A stretch of 64,000 nucleotides of DNA. Origin: Geosiphon pyriformis uo1. Lineage: Eukaryota > Fungi > Glomeromycota. The first letter of the stretch is position 1; each line of letters starts with the position of its first letter. The notes beneath the pieces were generated by a model. That model was not told the origin of the DNA. It was given only the letters and a program-made list of their open reading frames with translations, and did no database searches. Where the stretch lies: positions 566,635 to 630,634 of the forward strand of contig JAAOMT010000617.1 in NCBI GenBank assembly GCA_016748015.1. Direction: 5' to 3'. Shown one piece after another: positions 11,301 to 23,871 of this stretch. A program made the translations under genes and the position numbers.

Positions 11301-13192
11301 TGGAGTTCACATGCTTTTGATATTCTCACAGTTAGAATCTTTGTTAAGATTTTTCTGGTGCTTTCAATGAGTGTGATCGGCCTGGTGATGTCAATATTGC
11401 CACCCCATTCTTTTGGCTTTGGAATCAGTATGACTTGTGCTACTCTCCACTCCTCAGGCATGTTTGCTGCTTTAATGCAAGCATTGAGCAATGTTTTCAG
11501 TTTAGACTTGGTATTAGACCCAGCCTTCCTCCAGAGTTCAGCTTGAATGCCTGATGGGCCAGGAGCTTTGTTATGAGGTGTGTGGCTCAATATGTGTTCA
11601 AATTTCTTATTTGTCAATTCATCCATTACACCATCAAAGGCATGGTCTGGAATGCTTTCGATCAGTTCAAATCTGTGTTCCCAACTTTTCCATAGGTCAG
11701 GCTTAATGCTTCTTGTCCTGGTCCATCCTTGGGCTTTTTTTTTATTAGCTTTTTGATTTCATCAGGATCATCATAAAATTTGCCTTCTTCAATAACATGG
11801 TCTAGTACTATTCTTTGTCATAATGCTTTTGATCATAGCTCTTTTGTTTAGATCAAAGTTTTGTTGTCTCTTAATGATATTATCCACTATCTGTCTCTGC
11901 TGTTGTAACCTGATCCTAGTTCGCAGCGTTGATCTGTATTCTTTCTTAATATTGAGCAGTTCTACAATTAGCTTATCCTTTGGAAGAGTCATCAGATATG
12001 CATTAACTGCTTCAGGTTTCAGCTGTTTCCATTTGGCCAACAACTGCATAACATTGTTATCATGCATATCTGTATTGTTTACTCTTAATTGTTTGATTAT
12101 ATCAGCAACAATCTTAACAAGCTTGTGATCTATGCATTCTTTCTTTGTGTGTGCAGATTGGGCTCCCACTTTCCTTTTTGGTAGGCATTCAGCAGCTTGT
12201 AACACAGTCTCTTTGATTATAAGCCACATCTGGTTTAGATCATCATTGCTGTTATTTATTGATTTTCTTTGTGCTTCATCTGTTAGTCAATCAGTTTCTC
12301 TAACATAGGTTTCCCATTGGACTCCAGATGCCTTTTTAACATCAATCATAGTTGTGCTACACTTCTTTCTTCCAGATCTAGATTTTTTAGTGCCTGCCAA
12401 GATTCTATCAGATCGGATGATTGTTACCACTGCTTTGTGATCTGTGCTAAAAGATTCATTAACATCAATCACCCCAATGTTTGTGATCAGTGAGGCTGTG
12501 ACTGCATCAGTAAACACATAGTCCAATCTTCTTTGTACACCATTTGATGCCCATGTCTTTTCTGGATTGTTTGTTGCATATGCCCCATGTGTATCCACCA
12601 AATTCATATGTTGTAATGTTGTGGCGGTTGGACAAGCTTTGGCCTTATTTGTAGCATATGTTTCCTCAAATGACTTGGATAACAGATCTTCATTCAAATC
12701 GCCTGCTACTATGATAATCTCTTTGTTCTGTACAATGTCTTCCAAAAGTTTCCTAATTTCTTTAGCTACTGCTCTCTCAGTAGGCGATTTGGAAGCAGGC
12801 ATGTACAGTCCTACTATGTGCACATTGATTTTTCCTCTAAATTTCAACCCTAAATGCAACAATCTTCCATGAAACCCCCTGATTGTTTCTACATGGTGTA
12901 TCTAACATTTTTTAACCAATATACCAACACCAGTTCTCATTTGTTTCTCTGTACTTGATTCCCAAAAGGCATGATATTCATCAGAACCAAAAAATACACC
13001 CTTTTCTTTTGTTGGAGTCATTTTGGTTTCTGTAACAATCACAAAATCAAATTGTTCCTCTATAACCCACTGTAGCACCTCTTCAGCTTTACCAGGATTA
13101 TTAAGTCCCCTAACATTAACAGTACCAATTTTCCAAGTGTTGTTATTAAAGTAGTTCTGTTCTATGTTGGAATTAGGTGTGCTACACATCAT
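8301..13192 (-). pseudogene. L-c ORF2: APE endonuclease, reverse transcriptase, RNase H, C-terminal Zn finger; several stops and frameshifts
   Basis: APE: GTVNVRG, TETK, GDLN, RLDYV, TDHK. RT: KAPGPSG, RPITL, DMKKAYDSV, AFV(N/D)D. RNase H: TDGS, DSQ, AHAG..NEKAD. A CKTC..HFWEC finger lies near 8850-8900. Confidence 0.92.
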
Positions 13193-15426
13193 CTGTTTCC
13201 ATAGATTTAGATTCTCCAACAGTAGAACTGCTCCAGCTACTCTGTTTTTTTACTTGCTTCAGTAACTTCAGAATGGGTTCCAAAGTTTTTTTAATTTCTT
13301 TGATTTCCAATTCTGGGTTGTATGCCTCCTTTTTTTCTGCTGGGGTAGATTTTAACATAGTACTTTGGTTTGGTAACCCCATTTCTACCACTTCTTTTTC
13401 TTCTGAGGTGTCACTTGGCTGTTGAGTAACTATTACTTTTTCACCTTTTTCTATTGTCACTCCAAGTTTGGCAGCAACTGCATTCAGCAGTTTCGCCATT
13501 TCATTGACCTGCTGTCTTAGTTCATCAATTTCACTCTTTCATGGTTGGTTATCTCTTTTTTTTGATTGTTTTTCCCTATTGTTCACTTGTGGACCAGGTT
13601 TCTGAGTATTATTTAGATTGTTGTTGTTCTGGTTATGGGGCAGTCTGAGTGCAGCCATATCAGCATATAATCTTCTACCAAAGGCTTTGATGTTCTTCTC
13701 TGGAACATTTCTCTTAACATACAGTTTTGCCAACTTGATATTGTTGGTAACTTTCTTGGTATTCTCTTCTTTCTTCTTATGCAGGGTTGGACATTTTGAG
13801 ACCAAATGTCCTACCTGGTAACAGAAGTGGCACTCTTTAGCATCAGTAGGCACCCAGTGGACCAGTGTGTCACCGATTACCAAGGGTTTTTTAGTGGCAT
13901 TGTTGCAGCTAGCTTCACTGTCAAATCCCACATAAGCACAGCCCATCCTTGTGTAATTTTTACTAGTTCTTGGGATGAAGCAGGATCAGGCACTGATTTG
14001 ATCCAAGGTGGTGCTCAAATAGTGAGCAGTACAGTTCTGTGATAGGCCCACCAATTTAGCTTCCCAAGTTTTTCTCTGCTCAATGATCTTTTGGGTTCCA
14101 ATCATTGGGTAGATTCTGAGCGCATCCTTTCTGACCATGGTCAACCATTGATCTACAGCTCTTGTTGCTCTTCTTGGTTGCTATACTCAACCACTGCTGA
14201 TTGTCATTTGCCAGCCACTCTGATTTGGATTTTTTTGACCTCACCAAATTCTTTCATAGCAGCCCCCACCTCTCTGTCAGAGATGCCCAAGGGGATATCT
14301 CTTACTAGGACTTTTTTCTGACCAGCCAATTGGATGTTAACACCATTAGTAGCCATCAAAAATGATTCAATATCATTATTTACCAGAATTTCTCTGGCTT
14401 GGTCTCTTCCAGCCACTTGGGAAAAATCCACTCTGATTTCTTGGTTTCTAGCCATTACAGCTTCCAAGAGGTAACTAACATCTCTCAAGAGATCATAGAT
14501 CCACTCCACTTTTTTTCCCATGATTTTCTCAGGTATATCCAACGCTTGTACAAAAAGTACATGTCTCTTGGTTCTATAAACCACCATTCGCCATCCTTCC
14601 TCCTGGTTTGCTTCCACAGACATGGGTTTTTTGCCAAGCGATTTACTACTGTATTGTCCTGAACTTGGACTAGCCATTCTGCTTGATAGGCTTGATTCAG
14701 ATTCTTCCATGTCTTCTGTGACATTCTCAGCATTAGGCTTATCTCTGTTTGTGTCAAATAAATTGTCCATTTGTTTTTCATTCTCTAATGCAGACTTTCC
14801 TCTATTGATCCTGTCCAAAATATCAGGATTGCACATTCTCAGAGCTGCTTCTATTTGTGCAGCTCTGTTTCTGTCTTCTTTAGGCCCTTTGGATGTTCCA
14901 TCCATTTTTCTCAGGGACTTTGAGGCTCCCTTTTCACTAGTTCAAGCTTCCATTTGAAATTTGTTGCTATTTCCTCCTTTGTTGAACATTGGCTGCAAGA
15001 CAAAGGTATTAGTTCAAACAGATGTGGTTTCAGGTAAGTTTTCTTCAGATATTTGGGTAAATTTCTCAGTTAGCCCTTTTACGCTTAATTCTCCGATGTG
15101 TCTGTATTTTTTGTTGGCCTTTTTCTCCAATCTGTTAGCTGTTATCAGAGAAAAATCTGCTGCTCTCCTGTGTGAAGCTGTTTTTTTCGATGTTTTGGCT
15201 ATTCTAAAGGGTGTATCGTCTCCACTACTTGTGTCCACACTTCCAAATAGTCTATTGGTGGTTTCAAATCTAAATGGAGGTGTAATAGGTCTGGCAGTTT
15301 CCACAGTCAATAAATTTTGTGGATTAGCATTGATGTCTTCTCCTTCAGCAGTGGAAGTTATTTTCCCTTCCACTTACTTCTTTGTGTGACTGTTGTCACT
15401 TCACTGTTGACGTTGTTATCAGACAC
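13182..15426 (-). pseudogene. L-c ORF1 (RRM-like domains, CCHC, coiled coil); start uncertain
   Basis: ORFs 13182-13499, 13539-13946 (CHFCYQVGHLVSKC), 14204-14905 and 15014-15373. The stop overlaps the ORF2 ATG. Confidence 0.85.
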
Positions 15427-18400
15427 TTTTAAGTCTGTTGTGATAGTAATAATAATTTATTATAATTAAAGGTTTCTTTGCAAAAACTTATTTTTCCAAA
15501 TTTGAGGCATAGTAAATTGTGTGGTAGCAGTCAAAGAGAGAAAAATAGTTTTTTTCCCATAGAATTTAGCTCCAACAAGGGATGACTTGAAAATGATGGG
15601 ACCACCAGCAGAATTAAAAGAGAGTTTGGGAGGGAGAGGTGGCAACATCTTGCAGTCCACAGCCAAATGATCTAAACTTTGACATCTATAGCAGCAATGA
15701 CATCCAGGAGTTTCCCACCAGATGCGGCAGCCATATAAGGTACTGGTTTTTGAAATAGCAGCATTCAAAGATTCCAAAAAGCCAAAGGTCACCACTGCAA
15801 AGCATTGACGTTGATAGGAATCAGGGGAGTGAGGAATGAAACAGGTACAGCCACCAACTTGGGAGACCAGATCACTTATCTCAAATGCAGTACAGCCAAA
15901 TGGAAAATTAACCAGCTTAGCTTTGAAAGCATCTCTTGAGGAGATAACCTCTTTTTGGTTGGCAATAGGAAGAATCCTAACACTATCTTTTCTGACCAAC
16001 ACAGACCAGTTAGAGAGAGCAGCAGCAGCAGAAGAAATGTCCTTAAAGTTAACCACAGCATATTGCCATAAGCCAGCAGGCTTCAACTTAACAGAAGTGA
16101 CAACACCAAAAATGCCAAAAGCAGATTTGATGTCATCAGAAGAGGCATCCAAGAGTACATTACGCAGTGCAACTGACAAAGAAGGGGAAGAAACAGAGGC
16201 CACTCCTGAAGACCGTGCAATCTTAAGAGTGGTCAAAAAAACTTCATTACCAATGGCCACTTTGGTAGCACCATTTAAACACTCCTGAGATGCAAATTCC
16301 ACACAGAACAACTTGACAGCATCTTGTAAAACAGATTTAAGCCCAATACAACCAGGCAGCAACTGAAACAAAGAACTGAGCAAAGCCATCTTGATCTTAA
16401 ACGTAGCACCAGGTACAAGATTGGAGGCCACCCAACCAGAGAATCTTTGATGTCCATTCACATTCACCCAAGCACCAGCATCAGATGCACCAGAAACTGG
16501 GGGGGGGAACAGTTGATTCCATTTCCATCTGATCAGCCCAATCTTTGAGATCATTTGGATTGATGGACTGTTTTGCTACTGGGATTGGTGATGATCTGCT
16601 GGAGAGTACCACATCAGGCAACACAGCCAGTGGTTGATCTTGGCCCATCTTGGGAGATGTGCCACTGCTGTTGTTATCCATATTAGGAATAGGGCTGGCT
16701 GCTGCTGTGGAGATCTTACCAAAGATCTCATCTGGAACCACAAAGGAGTTCAGTGTGACCATAGCAGTTGTGACTGCCTGCTGCTGTTTTTTGGGATTTT
16801 TTGCTTTTGCAGCCATTTGTGAAGCAGTAGTAGTAGAAGTAGTAGTGGAAGTGGTGAAAGCAGGAAAGACCAACTTATTGACTGGTCTGTTATTAAAAAT
16901 CTTTGGGCTCTTTGAAGTGGTAGAGACAACACTAAGACTAACCCAAATGTGCCTTTTTGAAAGGACTTTGACTGGAGAAGAACTTCCAGCCAAAGGAGAA
17001 AAAAATGAATTAGAAGCTGCTAAAGGCAGTTTTTTACTATTATTTTTTAAAGGAAATGTTACCAGAACATTATGTCTAGCTGCTTCAATAACAGAGAGAC
17101 CCTTTCGTGTTGAAACTTTATTAGTTACTATAGGAAAAGTAACATTTGCAACTTTTTTACTCTTAGCTCTATTTGTGGTCATGAAAATTAAGAGAGAAAG
17201 AGTTTTTGGAGATAACAATCCTTTTCTTCTTTTTGTACCTGAGTCTTTAAGACCACAGGCACACTTAATTAAGACTGTTTTGGCTTCATGTGCAACCTAC
17301 ACTAAAGTTAGAGGCTTATTAAGAAAAGAAAACATTTTGTATTTGCATTAGATACAGAACAAAGATGGATTACTAATGACATGGATGGACTTTACAAGGA
17401 AGTACAGACAGAGTGACAGTGGTAGAATTCCCAGATGGTTTAAGACATTAGAGACCACACTTACTATGGATGAATACAAAAAATTGATGTAGTTCAATGT
17501 AAAGCATTGGGGATGCACAAAATAACTAACCTAATACCAGACAACATAGAAACAATGCAAAAGAACACTATTTACATACAAATTCCTGACACTCTATTAC
17601 CACAATGGAGGAGGGTACATGACAAGTTGAGGCTCAAAAAGGAAATTGAGATATCAACAGATGGATCATTGGTAAAAGCTGGTTCTGAGGATATTAAGAG
17701 AGCAGCTACTTTTGTAACACATAGAATAGAGGCCAACTTTGGTATAGCAGTTGATGGAACATTATCATCAACAAAAACAGAGGCAAAAGCTGTGTTACTG
17801 GCTTTGGAAGCAGTACCTTACAAATGTAAACTAATATTGAACACAGACAGTCAAGCAGTAGTGTCAACAGCTCAAAAATGGTTGTCCCATGTCTATTAAG
17901 AATTAGCTCAAAACTCCTAACTGGTGCACATGGAATGCAATTAAGGCAGTAATAGGTGAAAAAGGAATTGAATTCAACATAAACAAAGTGGCTGTACACA
18001 CTGGGATAGCCGAAAATAAGATGGCTGACAAATTAGCCAAAGAAGCTACTGCTTTTGATATAGTGGGTTGGGCTTACAATGCTAAGAATATTAGTTACAT
18101 TCTCTCTTGAATTGGATCTGAATATCAGACATTTTCTGACCAACAGACTGGAATTCAAGGAGTCTTAGAATGGATTGGCAATAACAAAGTGCAAGAGATG
18201 GTGGGGTCTTTGGACCAGGGGGTAGACTGGAAGTGCACAACCAAAGTGTGGAACTGGGATGGTAAAATGTCATCAGACTTCACTTCAGCTGGTTTTTTAG
18301 CAATGCATACATTTATCATGAAATCATTCCATAACATGCTGCCAACAGCAGAGGTGCTATACAACAGACATTTCTTGGTGTATCTGAACAACCTGTGCAA

Positions 18401-21400
18401 AACATGTCACACAGAAGTAGAAACCAACCAACACTTTTGGAAATGCTCTCTGAGAAATGAGTGGATGCAGTGCTTATTAAAGGCTGTGAAAAGAAAACAT
18501 AAAATCTTGGACCCTGGCAAAAAGGTTTTTCTGTCTAATAAGTACATCTGGTCAATGCCTAACATAGATTTTCTATGCAAAGGATTAATCAATAAGCAAT
18601 TTGGAAGAATCAATGCTTTTTCTGACATTGATCAAAGGACTAACAATAATATCTTAATTAAGGTGTGTAAATAGGCAGTAACTCAAGCAAGAAATAAATT
18701 GTGGGGAAAACATTACAAGTTACAAACTGATTGGGATAAAATTAATAGGTATTAATAACAGAGTCAAGAGAAGCCTATCACAAGTAATCAGTGTGTGCAA
18801 AACACCAAAGAATAATGATAATGGTAGTGGCAATTCCAATATTAGAAAGAGTGATAGATACAAAAGTTGTAATATAATAGTGACTGATGTTTTGGGCAGT
18901 AGAATTACTTTAAGTAATAGTGTGATATCCCTTAGGTTTTCTGGTTATACTAGCATGTAGTTAGGCATAACCACTTAGTGGTTAGCCACATCTTGTAATT
19001 TAAATTATTGGGTAAGTTGGCTTTATGAAAAAGCCATGCTTTTTGAGTGTGGCTAAACTAATAAAAGACCAGTGTGGCTACACATTAACAAAAAAAAAAG
19101 CAATTGGCAGAAAGATTGATAAACCATCCACAAAACCAATGACCAATGTACATGGTGATAAGAAGAAAGGCCTGGGTATAGCCAAAGCTATTCCTGTTCA
19201 CATCAATGTTATCAGCATTGAAACTGATATGGAAGTATCTGAAGCAAAAGAGTACACCATAATTGTTGGCAACAAGTGGCTTAAGAAAGCTAAAGCACTA
19301 CTTGATTATAAACTTTGTGAGCTAACCATCAGATGTGATGAAAAACCCATTGTGATTAAATGTTGCCATTGGACAACTTCTCCAGTACCTAAGCAGAACC
19401 AAAAAGAAGAACAATCAGATGAATCAAATGATAATGAGAGCAATGAAGAAGAAGATCAAGAAGAACAAAAAAAAACTGCTGAACTCCCCTATACTATCTT
19501 CACCAGCAATAGCAAGCCACTAGACAATATTAAAGCTGACAAAGAAGAAATCATGGTAAATGGCAAGCTGATTTGCTGGCCCTACTATGATATCCTCAGA
19601 AGAACCTTTGATAAAAAACCTGGCAAAAAAGCAAAATACAGTTATTGGTGGCATGGTTCTTATGCCAGGTGCTGGTGCAATAAACCTTTGTATTCCCCTA
19701 GTGATAAATGCAAGTTCTGCCTAATCTATTATAAAAATTGGGAGCCAATTAGTTTAATACCCAAAGAAGAACTAAAAGAAGTACAAAAGTTCTTTGAGAA
19801 TAAACCACCTGAAATCCAATCACTAGTTGTAAAACAAAAAGAACCTTTCCCTAAAAAAAATGAAGGTAATACCCCTGGACAAACCCATATGATACAACAC
19901 ACTATCACCACAAAAAAAACTCGTCTCATCTTTTGAAGCCTTATCAATCCAATCAAGTTTATCAAGAAAGAGATAAACCGGATAAAAGATCTTGGATTCA
20001 TACAAGAAACCAAGAATGAATAGGCTTTCCCAGTTGTAGTGGTATTCAAAAAAAGTAGAACTCTATGCTTCTGTGTCAACTACTGTCAATTAAATGCCAT
20101 AACTATAAGAGACATGTACTCACTCCCCAAAATTGATGCAATGCTAAATAAATTCAATGGTGCTGCTTTCTTCTCAACCATTGACTTAACTGCTGGATTT
20201 TGGCAAGTAGAGATGGATCCAGAAAGCAGAAAAAAAACTGCTTTCATTACCAAGTATGGCACTTATGAATTTACAGTCATGTTTTTTGGTCTCACCAATG
20301 CCCCTCACACCTTTCAATGCCCGATGGACAAAGTATTTGAATCAGTAAAAGAAAACTTTGTTCTAGTCTACTTAGACAACATAATGGTTTACTCAAAAAC
20401 CTGAGATGAACACTTTGACATTTGCAGAAGGTTTTTGACCTGTTCAGAAATGCTGGCCTTAAGATCAACCCAATCAAATCTTTTTTTGAATGCCAATTCA
20501 CCCAGTTTTTTGGTTATTTTATTACAAAAGATGGAATCTTTCCTAATCCAGCTAAAGTTGAAAAAGTCCAGAACATTAGACAACCAATGAATGTTCCTAA
20601 ACTATACTTTTTTCTTGGTTTGGCTTCTTACTAATGCAAATTTATCAAGAATTTCTCCAAAATCACCTTTCTTTTCAATCAGCTACTCAAGAAAAATGTC
20701 AATTATCACTGGAGAACTCATTAACAATAAGCTTTTGAAATTCTGAAGGAAAAACTTGTTACTGAACCAATTCTCAAGCAACCTGATTTGGACCAATCTT
20801 TTATCCTCTACACTGATATATCTGGTTATGAACTTGGTGCTGTTCTTTTATAGAAAGATAAAAATAGCAGAGAACATGCCATAGCATATACCAGTAGATC
20901 TTTTACACCAGCAAAAAAGAACTATTCAGTTACTGAACAGGAATGCTTAGCAGTAGTTTGGGCTACTAGTTAATGGGATCAATATCTTCTTGGTGCAAAA
21001 TTCTTAGTGATAACAGATCATCAAGTTTTGGTTTGGCTGCACAATAAAAAGAAGCTGGAACACAAATGAATAACTCACTGAATACTCTACTTAGATGAAT
21101 TTGACTATGATATTCAACACCACAAAGGAGCAAATCATCAGTGATAGTACTACTTCTCAAACCAAACCAACTTAATTATTAGTAACTTCCTTACAAACAA
21201 ACACAATAATGGATTGGAATTTTTGGGTAAAGGATAATACCCATCAGAATACACTTGACAGCAAAGAAAACATTTGTGCAAACAATAAAATTTCTATTTG
21301 ATCTGCCAGAACCAGTTATATAAAAGAAATAGAAAAGATTCTAATTGCCCTCAAAGAGTCATCAGATTTAAAGAAAGAGAAATTGTAATATACAACATGC

Positions 21401-23150
21401 ACACTGATCCATTAGCTAGACACTTTAGAAAAACAAAAACAATTCAGAAAACTTTAGCTTGTTACTATTGGAAAAGACATTGCTGAATACATAAAAACCT
21501 GTGACATCTGCCAAAGAAGAGGTAATCTCAATTGCAAAAAAGATATCCATCCAATCTTTGTTGGTCAACCATTTAACAGAATTGGTATATATGTTGTTGG
21601 ACTTTTAACAATAACTCCTGATGGCAACAGATACATTATTACAGCTACCGACTATCTCACAAAGTGGAAAGAAGCAAGAGCCACTTCTGATTAAACAGCA
21701 GTCTCAATAGCCAATTTCATTTATGAAGATATCATTTGTTGTCATGGCTGCCTCAAAGAACTTTTATCTGATAAAAAAAGAGCTTTTTTCAGTACACTGG
21801 TTGAGGAACTTTGTAGAAAAATGGGAATACATCATAAACTTTTCTCTTCTTATCACTCTCAAACAAATGGCTTAGTGGAATGTTTCAATAGAACACTATG
21901 TGAAACCCTAGCCAAAACCAGTGAAGAAACAAACTTATGAGACAAAGTACTGTCTTTAGCTTTGTTTGCTTATAGAACTGTGAATCATGACATAACAAGT
22001 TATGAACCTTTTTATCTGCTTTATGGATGCATGGCAACACTACCAATAGAAACTGATATTGAGACAATACTTTTTGAAGAAATCACAATAGAAAATTACA
22101 AAGACATTTTGCAAAGAAGACTTGGTATCATTTTTAACTCCTTGGTAGAAGCACAAATAATTGCTTTTAAAAAGATAAAACAGTTCCAAGAAAAGCTTAA
22201 GAAAAAAAAAACTTATAAAACACTCTCTTTAAGTATTGGTGACTTGATATTAGAGTGTTTTTCCAATTGTGCTGGAAGGTAGGAGTATAGCTGCTATTAT
22301 ACTTTCCAATAGATATTTATCCATTTTACTACCAATTCTTTCTCTTTTGGTAGTAGTTTTCTTTGGTCTAATAACAATATGTGTTTTACTGTTATCAGGT
22401 ATGATGATTTGTTTTCCAATGGTCAGAGTAGTATTTGAATAGTTTTTGATCCAATACTCATAGAAGGCATTTTGAATGTTTTGATCCAGAAAATAATTGT
22501 TTATGTTGATTGAAAATGCCTCTGTTTTGGGAATGATGTATTTATTTATACTTGATTTTTGCTAATCATTTAAGTTAGTATTACCACAACAAGCAATTAA
22601 TCAGGTCGTTTATTATATTTTTTGAGTTATATACTATGAACAGGACAATCATTAAAGATTGTTCCAGATTAATTTTGAAGAATATAAGAACTATTGTTCA
22701 AAACTTTGTTGACTATAAAGGGTTCTTTCCACTGGCTAGAGAATTTATCACCATAAACATTGTCTCTGTCTGAACAGTATTCCAAAAAATCTTATCCATA
22801 GACAAAAACTTGTCATATGGAAAGCAATTAGAACTCTATGGTTGTCTTGGTAAAATTATAGAGGATATAAAACTCATGAAGAAAACAACTTCAGAAATAC
22901 AGGCAGAAATTTTGGGCATTATATGGTTAGATGTCCTAAGAGTTTTAACTATTGCTAAAAGAACCAAAACTCCAATACAAAGATTTGGTCTCTTGAATAC
23001 AAAACTCATTTCACCTCAAGTGTTATATATTCTATCTATTAAAGACTTCAACAAACTAGTTAGCTTTGAGTTAGATAAAACTCTTCAATTAGATCACACT
23101 ATAAATAGCTTGATTTTGCTGGAGCTCAATCTCTTTGGAGAGGATAATAT

Positions 23151-23819
23151 TGTTATGGTTGAAATTTATACTTCTTATTAATTATCACATGTATTAGCCA
23201 CTGATGTCACATAAATTAGCCACTCTATTTTTAGTAAGTGATCATTAACCTGATCATTAACCTAGTCATTGACCTGATCATTGATCACTTTTGACAGCTA
23301 TATAAATGATGAATCTCTTAGCTGTAGAAAAGCATGTCAAAAATCAAGGAATTAAATAAATAAAATAACAACTTTCATCTCAATCCTTCTCTTATCGCTA
23401 ATTTCCCTTTCCCTGCTTTTAAGTATCTAAACATCTTAAAGATAAAAAATTACTTGTTGGTTATTCCTTACCCTTTTCCTGAAAACATGTAATTGAAACA
23501 TTTAGAGATTATTGAATAAAATGTGACTGAAAAGCACATCTGATACTTGATATTGAATTCTAAAAGCGCCAACATGAGGCATAGAATTATATTAAGTGTG
23601 ATTATTTGTTAACAATATGGACTATCCTTCTATCTTCAGATTCCCTAGTTACCTTTTGAAAAGCATAGCAACTGAGATATTTTATGAGACTGATCTCACA
23701 CATTGAATCCATACTTATTCAATTTGCTCTTTAAAGTTGAATTTCTTTTGATTTCTTTCATCACCCTACAATTCTGTTCTCCCTTGCTATTCATTAGCTT
23801 GTTACTCCAACCCATAACA
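23151..23819 (+). repeat. Gy-D 5' LTR
   Basis: TGTTATGG...CCATAACA termini, 12-bp repeat array, TATATAAA at ~23299, followed by the PBS. Confidence 0.93.
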
Positions 23820-23825
23820 TAAAAG

Positions 23826-23844
23826 TAGTGCTCTCTGTAAGGTT
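23826..23844 (+). promoter_or_regulatory. Primer binding site, consensus TGGTGCTCCCTGTGAGGTT after a TAAAAG spacer; likely elongator tRNA-Met
   Basis: Other copies at 50726-50744 (+), 40194-40212 (-) and 46501-46519 (-). Complementary to a tRNA 3' end AACCTCACAGGGAGCACCA. tRNA-Ile(UAU) is an alternative from the PBS alone. Confidence 0.75.
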
Positions 23845-23871
23845 GTTAAAATCCACTTTGTTTTCTATTGT

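Larger units (their letters stand above)
7498..15557 (-). mobile_element. L-c: full-length LINE (~7.4 kb net) with APE, RT and RNase H
   Basis: 14-bp TSD CATAGAATTTAGCT at 7484-7497 and 15558-15571. Poly(T) at 7497-7513. 5' UTR, ORF1, ORF2 and 3' UTR are all present. Confidence 0.95.
6715..17234 (-). mobile_element. H2: ORF1-only element (6715-7497 + 15558-17234), split by L-c
   Basis: TSD GTACCTGAGTC at 6704-6714 and 17235-17245. Poly(T) at 6716-6728. ORFs 6852-7466, 15466-16554 and 16481-17218 are closely similar to H1. Confidence 0.92.
5227..19099 (+). mobile_element. LINE segment L-b (ORF2 from RT to the 3' end, poly(A)); interrupted by H2 at 6715-17234
   Basis: RT motifs at 5194-6585 (LIPK, QDMKKAY, AFIDD). 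RNase H at 17507-17899 (TDGS, DSQ). CKTC..HFWKC finger at 18189-18674. Stop at 18958-18960 and poly(A) at 19090-19099, followed directly by gypsy protease sequence. Confidence 0.9.

Noticed and set aside
15466-16554. 362-aa ORF with a novel C-terminus
   Set aside because: H2 ORF reading across the TSD into the L-c 5' UTR; a junction artefact.
19025-19936. 303-aa ORF that looks like an intact gene
   Set aside because: Chance fusion of the LINE 3' UTR and poly(A) (KKK) to the gypsy protease/linker.
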